A DNA stretch of 50,047 bases, the filler included, from Streblomastix strix (taxonomy: Eukaryota), in the NCBI GenBank assembly GCA_008636045.1. It is 2 parts of 2 records of this genome, joined end to end, with 100 filler letters (N's around TTAATTAATTAA, not from the genome) between each part and the next. Parts side by side here need not be neighbours in the genome. Positions count along the whole stretch, not along the records: positions 1 to 24,980 come from SNRW01000217.1; 1 more part is not named here. One strand, 5' to 3'. Positions 12,269-24,893 of this stretch are shown piece after piece. A program made the translations under genes and the position numbers. The notes below the pieces were generated by a model. The model made no database searches, had not been told where the DNA came from, and was given only the letters and a program-made list of their open reading frames with translations. Each line of letters starts with the position of its first letter. Positions within the stretch are counted from its first letter, which is position 1.

Positions 12269-15200
12269 TCACCGCATTTATTATTGATTCTATAATTATT
12301 TAATTTCTCTCTTTAATTAATCTGCTTCTCTTTTGAATTTCTCTTTATATGAATGAATATTTGCTTCACACTCATCTTCAATTCCTTCTTCTTCCATTTC
12401 TTCCTCAAATTCCTTTTTCATTTATAAAGTATTATTCTATAATTCACTTTAATCAATCAATCGATCTTCTTTATCTTTATTATATTTATCATTTAAACAA
12501 TGGTTGCAACACTTAAGTTTATTCATTGTCTCAGTAATTATATCATCTCTTTATTCCTCTCCACCAGCATTGCACATCCAAAGACTGAGAATCTGACCAA
12601 ATTTGCATTGAAGATACAATTTCATATTAATATTGTCTCCAAATAAGGCATCTGTTTATGGACTAACTCTTATGCAAAGTTCGCGAATTGCTTCAGAAGT
12701 GCTGCTGTTAATCAGTGAATATCTGCTTCTTTATGTGAGCAATGTGAGTGATGATCCATAGTTATAATCTAAGATGATTTGTTGATTTTAATATTTATTA
12801 AAATCAAGAGCAATAAGAAGATGCAAAGAACTAACAGCACGATGAACAAGAATGAAATTATTTGGAGTTGAAATGGCTTCAGAAATATTACTGTTAATAA
12901 TATTAATAAAGTTTCTCAAGTCTTTCAATAATGCAGGATGAGAATTATTACGAAGAAAAATGGATAAACATTTGATTGCATTATTTTGAAATAAGAAATA
13001 TGAATCTGACTTTGGGATTGAAAGATGTATGATCTGAACTAAAATGCTGAAAATTTCTAATTTTTTGTTTTAACTGATAAATGAATAAATATTATTCATG
13101 CCAATTAAGTGATCAATTAATAAAGATAAATAAATTCTAGCAAATATTAATACTTCATCATCTTTATTTGTATCTTTGAGGATTTTCTGATTACTAATAT
13201 TCTATTAATAATTATAATATTTAATGAAATTTTTCAAGTATTAGATAATCTATTCTAGAACTGATTTATTATCAGTATTCTTTGCAACTTTTTCTTCTTC
13301 ATCAAAATCAGTTTCATTGTTAAATTAAAAAATAAATTAATTCCTCCATTTAATGTTGTTTTATAAACTTTTCAAGTATAAATTAAGAATATTTATTTGT
13401 TTTTCTAATTCATTCATCATCAATGGATAATTATTCTCTGAAATTACTACTTTATTCATATTTTCATTTACACATTCTTCAGATTTATGAATATTTGCTA
13501 TCATTTCAATGACATTTGCTAAACCTTATAACTCAAATTAAACTTAGAATATATTGTTTTATTTTTTTAATTCTTCTTATTCTACTTTCTTATTAATAGC
13601 ACCTTTCAATACAATATGTGCAAGAATCAAAAATGCTTCTTTCTCATATTTTCTCATTTGCATCATTTTTGTATGATTGATTCTATCAGCATATTATTTC
13701 AATATTAATACAAGCAATGGAATTGAGGCTTCACATGCCCATTCAAGTTCTTCTTACTCTAATTAACTTCTTTCTTTTTCTTTCATTAATATTCTTCTCA
13801 ATCCATAAACAATTTATTCATTCTCAGATATTGATTCATCATTACTTTACAATTCTAATTATTATTTTTAACTTTAATTTCCTTCTTCAAGAAAATTTAT
13901 TGGTTTAATTGAACCAAATTCATTATCAATATTGAATATCTGTGAGATAACTGTTGAATTATTTACAGTTTATGACTAATCGTGATCAGATTAAAAAGAA
14001 GAAGTAGCTAATTTTTAAATGTCATTTGAAATTTAGTTTGGATTTTCAGGTGACTCAGAAATTTACTCAACTTTTTCTTTCTCAATGTGTTCAACAAGTC
14101 CAATTATTATTTCATTGTGTTCTTCCAAACATAATTCAACTCTTCTATTATTATTTCCAGAATCTGTTTTTGATTCATTAAACTATTCTTATTCTGCAGT
14201 TTGCCACTAAAATAAGTTTCTTAATTAAATCTACAAAGGAATAAAGAAAATAATGAAACAATTCAGAATAAAAAAATTTCATACAATTTCTCCTTATTTT
14301 ATTCTTTCTTTGATATTTGCAATAAAATTTCGAAGTTTTTCATTTATATTTTGATTTGGGTGAGCATTGCATTTCATTAACAAATCTTCAATTAATGTTA
14401 TTGCATTCATCAAATTGTTATTTTCTGGTGTTCTATAAAATAATAATTAGAAAATTATAAGAAATTAAACAAATTTATGTTTATAAATATAAACATTGAG
14501 TCGTTTTATTAGCGATTCTACTTGAAATATTTCAAACTAAGCACCAAAGAATGAGAAAGTAATACTATGATGAATAAATCAGAATCAGAAATATAAATAA
14601 AGAAAATGTGCAAACGGAGGCGAGTTTCTAACCAAGGCGAAATATTCCTTTAATTACAAATATATTGTTAATTTTTGGATGTATGTCTGTTGAAGAAATC
14701 CAAAAGAACTAATATCTCAATGAAAAGAGAAGAAATATCCTATATCAAGAATGATTTAAAATAAGATTGAAAATAAGAATAAAAGTCATACAGTAGGATC
14801 AAAATTAATGCTTCTCTAATCTTTATTTTATGCAAATTCCTTGTTTGTCACAAACTCAATAAGTAATTAACTTGGAATATTTTGTATGTATTCATGATTT
14901 TTCTTCTTTGATTCTTGATGAAATTTTACAATTGAAGGAATTTGTACTCGAAATGAAGTTGGTAAAATATCCCATATTTATTATTTTATTTTATCTGTTC
15001 CATTATAAGAAAGAATATCTAATAACTTAATTAATTATAAATATATTTATGAATCTGCTTTAAAACTTTTATGATTGACCATTTTAATAAAACTTTCATG
15101 ATTGACAATAATTTCATGGTTTTCTAAAATGTAAAACAATAATAAAAATTTATAAATGTGAAATTAAACAAAAAGTATTAAATAAACCGTTGGATTCAAC

Positions 15201-18200
15201 CAATGAACATAATGCTGTCAGGGAAATATCCTAAGAATTATGATAAGGAGCATATGTAGTTTCTTCCATAATTTCTTATATTATTCCAACTCCAATAGCA
15301 GGAGGAAGAATTTTAGCCTTGTAAAGGAGGCAGACACAATTGTTACATCTTTTATTTATCAGTTTTTGAATTGTGCCATCAGATTCAAGATCATCAAACC
15401 ATGGATGTTATTATCCTTCATGAACTAAATCTGATCCTCCCATCAAAATATAGGTTATAATTTTTTAAAAATATTATTCAAATTCATAATTGTTTATGTT
15501 AGTCAATTGTTGAATAATTCCAGATTAATGGAGCTGAATTTTAGCTTAATGAGGTGCAAATTGAATTATTGATTAAAGAAATTTTATACATTTATACCAT
15601 TATGATTCATATTCTTAGTGTACAGATTTATCTTCGTATTGATCGATTTTGGAAAATATTGATATTATCATATCAGAAAGTTCATTGACGAGGTTTGATT
15701 GTTTAAGGACTTTGTTAATTGAATGGATAATAAATGTAGAACAATCAAATATTGTATCATTTGAACTTTCTAGAATTAGAATCATTGAATCAATTACACC
15801 CAGTTCGAATAACTACAATTTTTCTTCATTATTTGTCCAGATAAAAAGTTATGATAATGCAAGAACATGAGTAAGGCAGATGTCATCAAGAGGAAGAAGT
15901 TAAAATAATAGAATCATTTGTTTAGGAATTTGAGATTTCATCAATAAAGAAGCTGTTTATTAGCTCCAAACAAAATCACCACTAAAGAATATCATTATTT
16001 TTTCATATATTTCTTTAATTATTTCATATTTTCCTTTTTCCTCGTTATTTTCATTTTCAATAACTCCATCTTCTTTCATTATTTTTTATTGTAATTCAAT
16101 TATTATTTTAGACATTAAATTTTCAATTTCATCAAATATTCCCAATTTCAAACCTTCATCTCTTAAATAATCATTATTTCTGTTTAGCAATTTAATTGAT
16201 TCAAACTTTTTTTCAAATTCACCAATGCTAAATACGATCAGGGGTTTTGGAATATCTGTTTAATTCAACCTTGAAAATATTATTTTCATTCTTTCTTATT
16301 TTTCTTTAATTTATTCTTGTTTGTTTTGATTCGATGAACTAATTTCAAAGTTCCAATAAAAATATATTGCTTAATATCTTATTTCCCCATTCTTTGAATT
16401 TTGTAGAGTTTCGATTTCAGCATTTAATTCAGCTTTTATTTTTGTATTTGAAAGTCTAAAAACCTAATAAAAAAATTTGAATGCATCTTGTATTGTTTAA
16501 TTATTATCCCCTTTAATTTTCAATGCAATTGTCTAAATAAATTAATTTGAAAAAATTTCTTCTAAATTGGCTAAGAAATATAAGGAAAAAAGATAAAAAA
16601 AAATAATAATAAAATAATTATAATAAATAAATAATTATAATAAATAAAATATAAATAATATTTTTATACATTTACACTCGGCAAGACATGCAAGAACTTA
16701 AAGTTTCTCATCATTAATTAGATTATTTCTAAGTCCAACATTCATAAGTTGATTATTAATATTTAATAAATTATCTTCAGCTTCAATATTCTTAAGTTGG
16801 TTAATAACAACAGATCTGAATTCCTTTGGGATGGGAACTGATTTGAATATTGATCCTAAAATAATAGCTAAGTTTGATTTTATTTTGATATTTTTGATAT
16901 TTTATTGTTGAAGTAAATGAACAAATCTTGCAACTGTACCATTTGTAATAAATGCTGCTCGATATGGATGTGGTTATCCATACTTTAATTAATATATTTT
17001 GGATTATATCTATTATTTTATCTAATTTATTACTATTTCAAGAACTTCTTCATTCTAACTATTAAGAATTATATTCCAAATTTCCATAATTCTATTTTCA
17101 CAATTATTGAAATTCACTATGAAAAAAGAATTATTGAAAACTATCTTATGAAGGCATTCAATATGAATTGGCATTATCTAATCCAAAGGAAGTGCATGGA
17201 GAAGTTTAAATATCTAATCAACAAATTTATAATCTTTCAAATTTTCCTAAATTAATTATTAGTTATAGTTAGAGAGTTTAATAAGTGTTTAACATGCAAA
17301 AAGAATAACTCCATCATTATTATCTTCTTCTTTCATTAATTCATCAATAGCATAAATAACTTTAAATACTCCTTATTCAATCAATATTGAAATTTAATCT
17401 TCATTACCCAATTATATTTATTTATTAATTTCAGCAATTTTAAGCATTTTATTTCTCTGTCTAATCCAAGAGTTAATCATTTTTGCTAATTATTAATTAT
17501 AAACATTTGAACTATTTCTCTGTTGTTATAAAATATCCAAGGGAATAATGTTAACAACTTCTTCTTTTGTTGTATCGGTTCCAAATTCAAGTAATGTATT
17601 GATCAATCTTAGAGAATATCTTATTATTTCATCTTTATTCGTCCTAATGATATAAAAACAGAAAATTAACAAATAATATTAAAATAAATTAAATTTAGAT
17701 ATTATACCTCAGGAATTGGACTAAATTAGGAAGAAAGTTATTTGAAAGAATGAGTAAATGGTTTCCTGAATATAAAATAGAGAAAATAAAGAAAATAATG
17801 AAATTATCCAATTAATTATTTTCTTATTATAAACCTTGAATTTATGAGAGAGAATCAAGAAGAGAAAATGATTTCTTCAAAATATCTTCATCTTCATATA
17901 TTATTCCTTTTTTCAATTGTATTATGACTGCTTATCTTATTTATTATGACATTTTTTCTTTGGTGAATAGACTTCCTAATAAGATTGCAACATCATTCTT
18001 TAATTTTTCTTTAATTTCTTCTCTCATCAGAATATCCTAACAAAGGGCATGTATAACTCCATCACGTTCAAGAACAGTACAAAGTTAATTTAAATTAATT
18101 TTATCATCTCTTATTTCATTATTAATTATCTTAAGGATAATTCTTACTGCTGCTTCTACTACTTCTTGATCGGTACTTTTCAGAACTTTTGCAACTGATT

Positions 18201-19012
18201 TATCTAAACCAATATTAAAGATATATTGATAATTAAACCCATTCTCAGTAAGATGAGGAATTCCTTGAATATGAACCAATTTCACTTCTTCAGCTGGAAT
18301 ATCCTCACCAATAAAAATCATTAATTCCTTTATAATCTGTGATTTCAACAATATATATGGAAAATTTTTAATTCCTTCTACGAGCAAGTTGAATAAATCA
18401 CAAATAGCATCTTATACAGGTCTAGCATGAATCGGTAACTTTTTATGTGACCATTGAAGTCTTTATGTTAATTGCCTTAAAATATCTCCATCCATTAATT
18501 ATTCCTTCTATTCCAATGTCATCCCTTCAATTAATGTTTTTTGATTGGCTAAATATTGGAGATGATCTGCTTATTCCTGACGATTGAGAATATTCTCTTC
18601 TTCAGTTTCTTCATATTAATCAACAACAAACATTTTTTCTTTTTCAATTTTTGTGACATTCAATATTGTCTATTCTTCTTATATAGGAAATTCAGCATTT
18701 TCTGGATTAATTAATTAATTGTTTTCTTATTCTTTGTTTTATTCTGCCTCAATTAGTAATTGTGAATTAAGTTCAGCTTGAATAGTTTACTAATTCTTAA
18801 ATAATATTAAATGAAATAAAATGAATAATAAATTAAATTAATACCTCAACTTATTCTTGATCTTACTCATCATTCTTCAATAAATCTAAATTGGTATTTA
18901 TCTCTTCACTGGGTTATTAAATATCACTGATCTAAGTTGAAATAGAATTTTGATGATTTTCAACTGCAATATCTTCAGGATGTGAAGTTGATATATCTTG
19001 ATTGTTATTCAT
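12269..19012 (-). CDS. Very large armadillo/HEAT-like repeat protein (possibly more than one gene)
   Basis: Long TAR=Gln open frames separated by short GT-AG introns. Helical repeats include GQPHPYRAAFITNGTVARFVHLL, EGQQHPWFDDLESDGTIQKLI and LDKSVAKVLKSTDQEVVEAAVRIILKII. TGA is at 12269-12271. Exon boundaries are not fully resolved. Confidence 0.6.
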
Positions 19013-19233
19013 GACAGTCTATAAAATAATTATGAAAATTAAATATTTTATAAAAATGCAAATTGTAAATTTCTAATAATAAATAATAAATAATCATATA
19101 TATTTAATTATATTTAAAAAATGAGAAAGGTAAAATAACATATTGGTGGAGGCCAAATATATATGTTATTTTTATACCATTAGATAGAGCATGTGTTGAA
19201 CATCATGATTATTTAGAATTAAGTTCTAGTTGT

Positions 19234-19731
19234 TAATAATCATATTTTTAATTAAAATGATGCATTTAATCGTTTTAACAAAATAAGTTCAATTGAAATT
19301 AATTCTGCATCAAAGATGATGAGAAATGCGAGTTTTATTGAAGAAAAATTATCGGATTTGTATTTGTGTTATACACTTAGTATTTTGTTAATTTAAATCA
19401 GAATGTTAAATTATTTTATTACTTTTCATAAAAATATTTATAAGAATAACCTTGATAAAGTCCGAGAAATAAATTAATAAGAAATTTACAAAATCCAAAT
19501 AACTCGAAATTTGTTAATTATTTTTTGAAGTTGCGTATGTAAAGCAAGAAAATATGTGTAGTTAATCGTAAATTATTCCAATTTTTATTGGGTTTTATAA
19601 TAAATACCGATAAAACTATGAATAAATTCGTCAAATAAATAATAGATGATGTTAAACCAAAGTTAAGAGTGGAAGTATAGCTCTACTCAAACTTATTAAG
19701 TTGAGTACTTCTGTGCAATTCTTAATCCATT
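19234..19731. repeat. Dispersed copy of the PNPOx array spacer / 3' flank
   Basis: 19234-19480 matches 7668-7900 and 5650-5880. 19480-19731 matches 3730-3960 and 5890-6140. Confidence 0.85.
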
Positions 19732-20030
19732 TCATTTCTTTCTCAGTCCAGCGTAGAAGTCTTTCACATTCACATATTCTGCCTTCTTAGTGTTCACCTG
19801 CAGTACTGTACGACCTGGGTCTTCTGCTCCTTTGAATCCTTAAGCAGCTAAGAAAGGCTTCCATGTTGCTAATAAGAACTGTTTCTCATTCTGAACTACA
19901 ATCTCTGCTTCAATTGTGAAACAATCACCTGTGCTATCCTTGTATTTACTTATAACTGCATGACTATCGTGAGCTAAATGTTTGGTCTTTTTGCCTCTAA
20001 AGTGACTACCCATGAAAAATCCAAGCACTG
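19732..20030 (-). pseudogene. 3' fragment (end of domain 3) of a third PNPOx-like copy, cut at the inverted-repeat element
   Basis: VLGFFMGSHFRGKKTKHLAHDSHAVISKYKDSTGDCFTIEAEIVVQNEKQFLLATWKPFLAAQGFKGAEDPGRTVLQVNTKKAEYVNVKDFYAGLRKK*. Homology to copy 2 stops exactly at 20030. Confidence 0.85.
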
Positions 20031-20231
20031 AGTAGTATATAGGGGTGAAGTTCGCCCCAACGTATTAATTTATCTTTTTTAGCACTGGATAATGTAAAAT
20101 CAATCTTTCATATTACGAATTCGGTATGCTTTCGCATCCTCATTCATAATATTCAAGCTCATTTTTACATTTCACAGTATCAATAAAGATAAATTAATAA
20201 ATTAGTGCAAACTTCACCCCTATATACTACT
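20031..20231. mobile_element. 201-bp non-coding element with ~70-bp imperfect terminal inverted repeats beginning AGTAGTATATAGGGGTGAAGTT (Polinton-type ends; MITE-like)
   Basis: 20031-20100 versus the reverse complement of 20162-20231: first 22 nt identical and 57/70 overall (counted by eye). Flanks GCACTG and GCGTGG do not form a target-site duplication. Confidence 0.85.
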
Positions 20232-20362
20232 GCGTGGGGGCCACTGATTCAACAATGCCCCATCCATAAATGTTTTTCATTTCAGGCCTATATAATAAAA
20301 ATAAAAAATAAAAAAAATTAATGTTAAACGATAATGTTAAATATGGCTGTTCGTGTTTAAAC

Positions 20363-20950
20363 TCACATATATAATTCATATTCGCGCATTTATGGAGCAG
20401 GTGGTTATGGTACGGGTTCTTCCTCTCGTATTTTCTCTCTATCTTCTGCTTATTTCTTAGGCTATTTATAATATTTTATTTTTTGCTTATATTTCTCTAC
20501 CTATTTTATTGCGTCTTGATGCTATTATTTTATAAATGTATTTTCTGTTCTCAATCGTATTAGTTCTTCCAAATCGAGCTACGGATTAGTATAATTAATT
20601 TATGGCTATTTTGAACTTTTAACGGTTCGCTTTCTTGCTATTTTTTTAATTGTCTTCGGTTCTCTTGCTTCGCTTTTGCTTTAACTTTATGGGCCTTCAG
20701 TTTCATTTTCATATTCTGCGGCCTCTTCATATTCTTCAATAGGTTTTTATATCTTCTTTTTCTCAATGCCCCCGCTTCTCGCTTATAATAGCAATTTATT
20801 TTATTATGCGGGAGTCAATGCACGCGCTGATTTTTTCCCATCCTCATAAACTTTAATTTTATCTTTAACTTGCATAATATATCCATTATCGAAATATTCG
20901 ATTTATGTCCCATTCTCAATCAAATTTTTTAATGCATGTGCCTAATTCAT
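20363..20950 (-). CDS. Element hypothetical protein, 195 aa, charged / coiled coil
   Basis: Intronless ATG 20950 to TGA 20363 with TAR=Gln: MNQAHALKNLIENGTQIEYFDNGYIMQVKDKIKVYEDGKKSARALTPAQQNKLL..EEPVPQPPAPQMREYELYM. Confidence 0.7.
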
Positions 20951-21027
20951 TTTAATATTTTAAAAATTATAAAATGATAAAAGGAATAGAAAGAAATTAA
21001 TTGCGCATGTCAAAAACAAAAAAATGA

Positions 21028-21672
21028 ATGTCCTAATTAAAATAAAAAGAATTATTAGACCACGATAAAATAAAACTATAAATATTCGATGAAACAATTA
21101 ACCGTATAAAATCAATGCCCACAGATGAATCAACAACTGAAAGGTCATTCATGCAGCCAGAAATGGAGGCATCAGCAAGAAATCACAAGAAATATAACAT
21201 AAATAAATATAAAGAAGTGGAACGCACCACCGCATAAGATGAACCAGAAGAAGCTATGTAAAAGCTTGCAGAAGAACAACCAAGAAATATATATTTGTCT
21301 CATCCAAATCTTGAAGTAATGAAATTTATTATTGATAAAATTTGGGCTACCATTACCACCAGAAAACGAGGAGACGATTTTATTTTCTCCTCTGATAATT
21401 TTATTAAACTATGGGCATTAATAACATAAAATTCTGAGGACGATATTGAAATTGCATTAGAGGAGCCACTAATGCGTGCTCATTCATGCATGGGGAAAAC
21501 ATATAAAAAGAAGGATTTGATACGTGTTATGGATGTGTTAATTAAGAAAGTTAGCGTATCAGTTATTGATAATGTGTTATGGAACAGCATAGAAAAATTA
21601 TACAGGATAAATAAGGATTTCGTTCGTTTGTCAGATGCTCCAACCTCTGAAATTACAAAAGATGATTTTTGA
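21028..21672 (+). CDS. Element hypothetical protein, 214 aa
   Basis: Intronless: MSQLKQKELLDHDKIKLQIFDETINRIKSMPTDES..FIIDKIWATITTRKRGDDFIFSSDNFIKLWALIT..SEITKDDF*. It extends supplied ORF 21472-21672 upstream. Confidence 0.72.
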
Positions 21673-21710
21673 TTTTACCATTGGGGGATATCTTTTTTAT
21701 TTTTATATAA

Positions 21711-22758
21711 ATGGACACATAAATTTTATGCGATTTATAAAATCTTGATGATGATGATTTTGCTAATGAATAATAATAGTTCCAAATATTGAAATAATAA
21801 TAGGACGAGCAAATGAAATAAATAAAGTAAAAAAATTAATTAATGGCAATCATTGATAATCAAACTCTAAAGTGGTTCGCTTACCTATCCCAATTTTTTA
21901 AAAAGGCTATGGGTTTCGTTAATCTAAAAACCAATCAAATCATATAAGGAATCAAAACCTTTTTATAACCTATTTATGGAACTAAATTTATTATGACTGG
22001 TGGCAAAAATAATTAAATTCTACTGGCTAATGGTGAAACAACAGATATGGGTGATTTTTTGCCTAAATATTATCCCCATGCGATGGGGTAATTAATTATT
22101 GAACCCAATGGTGATATACGCAATTAAGGAATTCGGATAATGAAAAATAAAGCAAATTGGGATAGTTTCATATTAACGGGCTGCAATGATGACCCCCAGA
22201 ATAGAGATGGAGTATGGAAAATGGGTTCCACTTCACCATAATTTAGGATATAAAAATAAGAAGATGATGCATATGATTATAAGGGTATAATTATTGATTT
22301 TGATTGTACAACATTAAAATTTAATAATTAACTTGTGGCGCCTATTCCAACTCCTCCAATAGAAAATGGTATCAAATAAACAATTGCTTATGGTATGTAT
22401 GAGTAATTAGTTTAGGGTTCATTTACAACATATAAGGGAAGAGCTTATATATCATTGTAAATAACACACTCAAATCCTAACACACAGACTTAATCCACTT
22501 ATACTTTATTCTCCGTTTTTTAAAGATGAAGCTAAGCCATAATTTACAGGGACACCTTTTAAAATTGCTTTGAATGCTGTTATGTTTGCATAGAAGGTAA
22601 TAGGATATCCTATATGCTGGAATGGTGCTATTCCAATAGACTGCTATATTGATGTGGATGGACATGTTAGAATCAATACAATGTGTTAGTTAGTTTTACC
22701 AGATGATTTTTGTATTTAAGTATGTGATTCATATGCCCTACATAATTAATCTACTTGA
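21711..22758 (+). CDS. Fibre/spike-like protein (~348 aa), with one apparent +1 frameshift at ~22516-22521
   Basis: Contains NQIIQGIKTFLQPIYGTKFIMTGGKNNQILLANGETTD, which resembles phage/PLV fibre shaft motifs. The first frame stops at TGA 22527. Removing one T from the T6 run gives VFKDEAKPQFTGTPFKIALNAVMFAQ..CWNGAIPIDCYIDVDGHVRINT..QST* ending at TGA 22756-22758. Confidence 0.6.
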
Positions 22759-22776
22759 TATTTTTATAATATATAA

Positions 22777-22902
22777 ATGGACGGATTTAATGAAACTATA
22801 ATTTATGCCCTTGATTAATTAAAAATAAATTGGCATGCTATATTTAAAACCATTTGGGAAGCTGCAATAAAATACGCTTGCGAATCTAAAATTTGTCGTT
22901 GA
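22777..22902 (+). CDS. Small element ORF, 41 aa
   Basis: MDGFNETIIYALDQLKINWHAIFKTIWEAAIKYACESKICR*. It has the same TATATAAATG start context as the fibre gene and fills the gap before the convergent capsid-candidate gene. Confidence 0.5.
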
Positions 22903-22918
22903 AAAATAATATTTTTGA

Positions 22919-24893
22919 TCAGCCATTACGAACCATTGAGCCCCCATCTCTCCAATCACCTCCAAACTAAGCACTTGTGGGTCGGGGTTATCATCAAACA
23001 TTATCCTGACAATAGCATCACATAGATAATGAGTAATCGGCGTCAGTCCAACCTATACAGGATCAGGATATGCTCTTGTGCCGCTAAATTCAGCAAAATT
23101 GTTTTAGTTTTAACCATATTTATATTTCTTGTCTCATTAATTCCTCGAACTAAATTACTATGTAAAATAACCTATATATTTGTTCTAGCGCTTATTTTTG
23201 AAGAGTTATAGCCTCGCATAAATGAGTCATCAGTGGCTAATTTCCATGCAAGCGTATATTTATTTGGATATAATGTTTTAGTCTCTTTTGTTCCTGCAAA
23301 TAAAGTTGTTCGATAAAATATGTTTGATAATTTTTAATCTGCGGTTGTTCCGTCATTACACCCATAGAAATATTTTTGGTCGTCTATGTTTCTATTCTCA
23401 AATGTAAGAGAATGATACAGGTCAGAGGGGGCACTAACTACATCCTAATCAACGAAACAATCAAACATTTAGCCATTAACGGATTGGGTCAATGCTTCAT
23501 ACGGTTATGGTATAACATAGCGCTAATCGATGACCAAATCGAAGTTATGAAATAGGACAGGGAAAAACCACGTTGGATATTAAGGCATGGCGAAAGTCAT
23601 AAACATAGCTTTAATGTTTGAGAATGACATAATACTTTATAGACTGCCGCTATTAATACCAAAATTATTAAATGGAAAGTTGGAAGATTATGACCTTAAC
23701 ACTTAAGTGGGGAAATTAATAATTTTTTGGTTTTGGATAAGTTAAATAATTGCGTCCTCATTTTCGATATTGAAGCATACATTTTATATTTCCAATTTTG
23801 TAAATACAGCATCTTAAATTTAGCTAATGGTGTTCTATGGTGCTGTAGCGGTAGCTGCTACACCTTACATATTGACAATTCGAACGCTAAATTTACCGTA
23901 TTTATAAACATCAGTGGTAGTTGTTGCAATCCTATTTGGGTTATCTAATAAATAAATTATATCTGGCTTCTCTGGTGGTATCATTTGATATGCTAAATGA
24001 GTATTAGCCACCATATCAGTTTTATTTATCTGTACAACTTTCAAATCTTGCAGGAAGTCCTACATCCAAAGCTATAAATATAATGAAGCATAGTATCTAG
24101 TTAGCACAGGAAAAGATTTAAAAATGGGGTTCAATTGATTCAAGTCTAGTACCCCACTAAATATAATATCAGTGGGTATCTTATAATGAAAAGTAGTTCC
24201 AGAAGTTACCGCAGCATCAATTGCGCTTACTGACACGTCTATAAATACCCCACAATGACGTTTTCCTGCTATGATGCTTTCTAGTGGTGAGACACTGACG
24301 GAGTTATTAGTGCATAAATCACTTAATGAATTTGAACATATTACGGCTTGCTCTCTTGCATAAATTGATGTATCCCATAATTTCATGCTATTTCTACATA
24401 TGGCAAATTAATTAAATGGTCCGCAAGCATTAGAAAATCCAAGCCAAAATCGTAATATCTCATCTGAGGCATTGTGCTGGGTTGTTTATAACATATCAGG
24501 TGGTACAGTAATAATATCGGCATCAGCGCTAAAATTAACAGCCGCATTAGCGGTTGGTTTGCTATTAATTACAGTCGCAGCTGGTGGCAATCTATTTAAT
24601 TATATCGCCAGTGTATTAGCAGGAATTTTTATAGTCCAATTTACCTAGCAAGTTTAAACCATTGAACAAGTAGCCGATCCTCTTGTTGCTAGTGGAGCAC
24701 GGGTATATTTAACACCTGCAGAATTTAATTGAGTCAGTGACTTGTCAAAAAATTCTTATTTTGATATGGTGAAAGATTATGGGTGAATGCTCATAGTTTT
24801 CAATACCTCAACCATCGCCATATAGCCACTAATATAGTCCGAGTGTTGTATTTTCGCTAATCTACTTAAATAATCGCTTGAGCTGAAAGACAT
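22919..24893 (-). CDS. Putative major capsid protein of a Polinton-like virus (~657 aa), with C-terminal frameshift(s)
   Basis: Intronless frame from ATG 24893 (MSFSSSDYLSRLAKIQHSDYISGYMAMVEVLK..) to TGA 23043, 616 codons. It is beta-rich: FWLGFSNACGPFNQFAI, FSGVLDLNQLNPIFKSFPVLTRYYASLYLQLW, NIKAMFMTFAMPQYPTWFFP, YTLAWKLATDDSFMRGYNS. Coding appears to continue in another frame from ~23110 (..THYLCDAIVRIMFDDNPDPQVLSLEVIGEM). The capsid identity is inferred from size, composition and context. Confidence 0.62.

Noticed and set aside
20024..20087. AGCACTG pair read as a 7-bp TSD around a 50-bp insertion, with the host gene resuming afterwards
   Set aside because: Sequence after 20090 matches the right TIR (9/10) better than the PNPOx paralogue, and similarity to the gene is only about 50% in AT-rich DNA.
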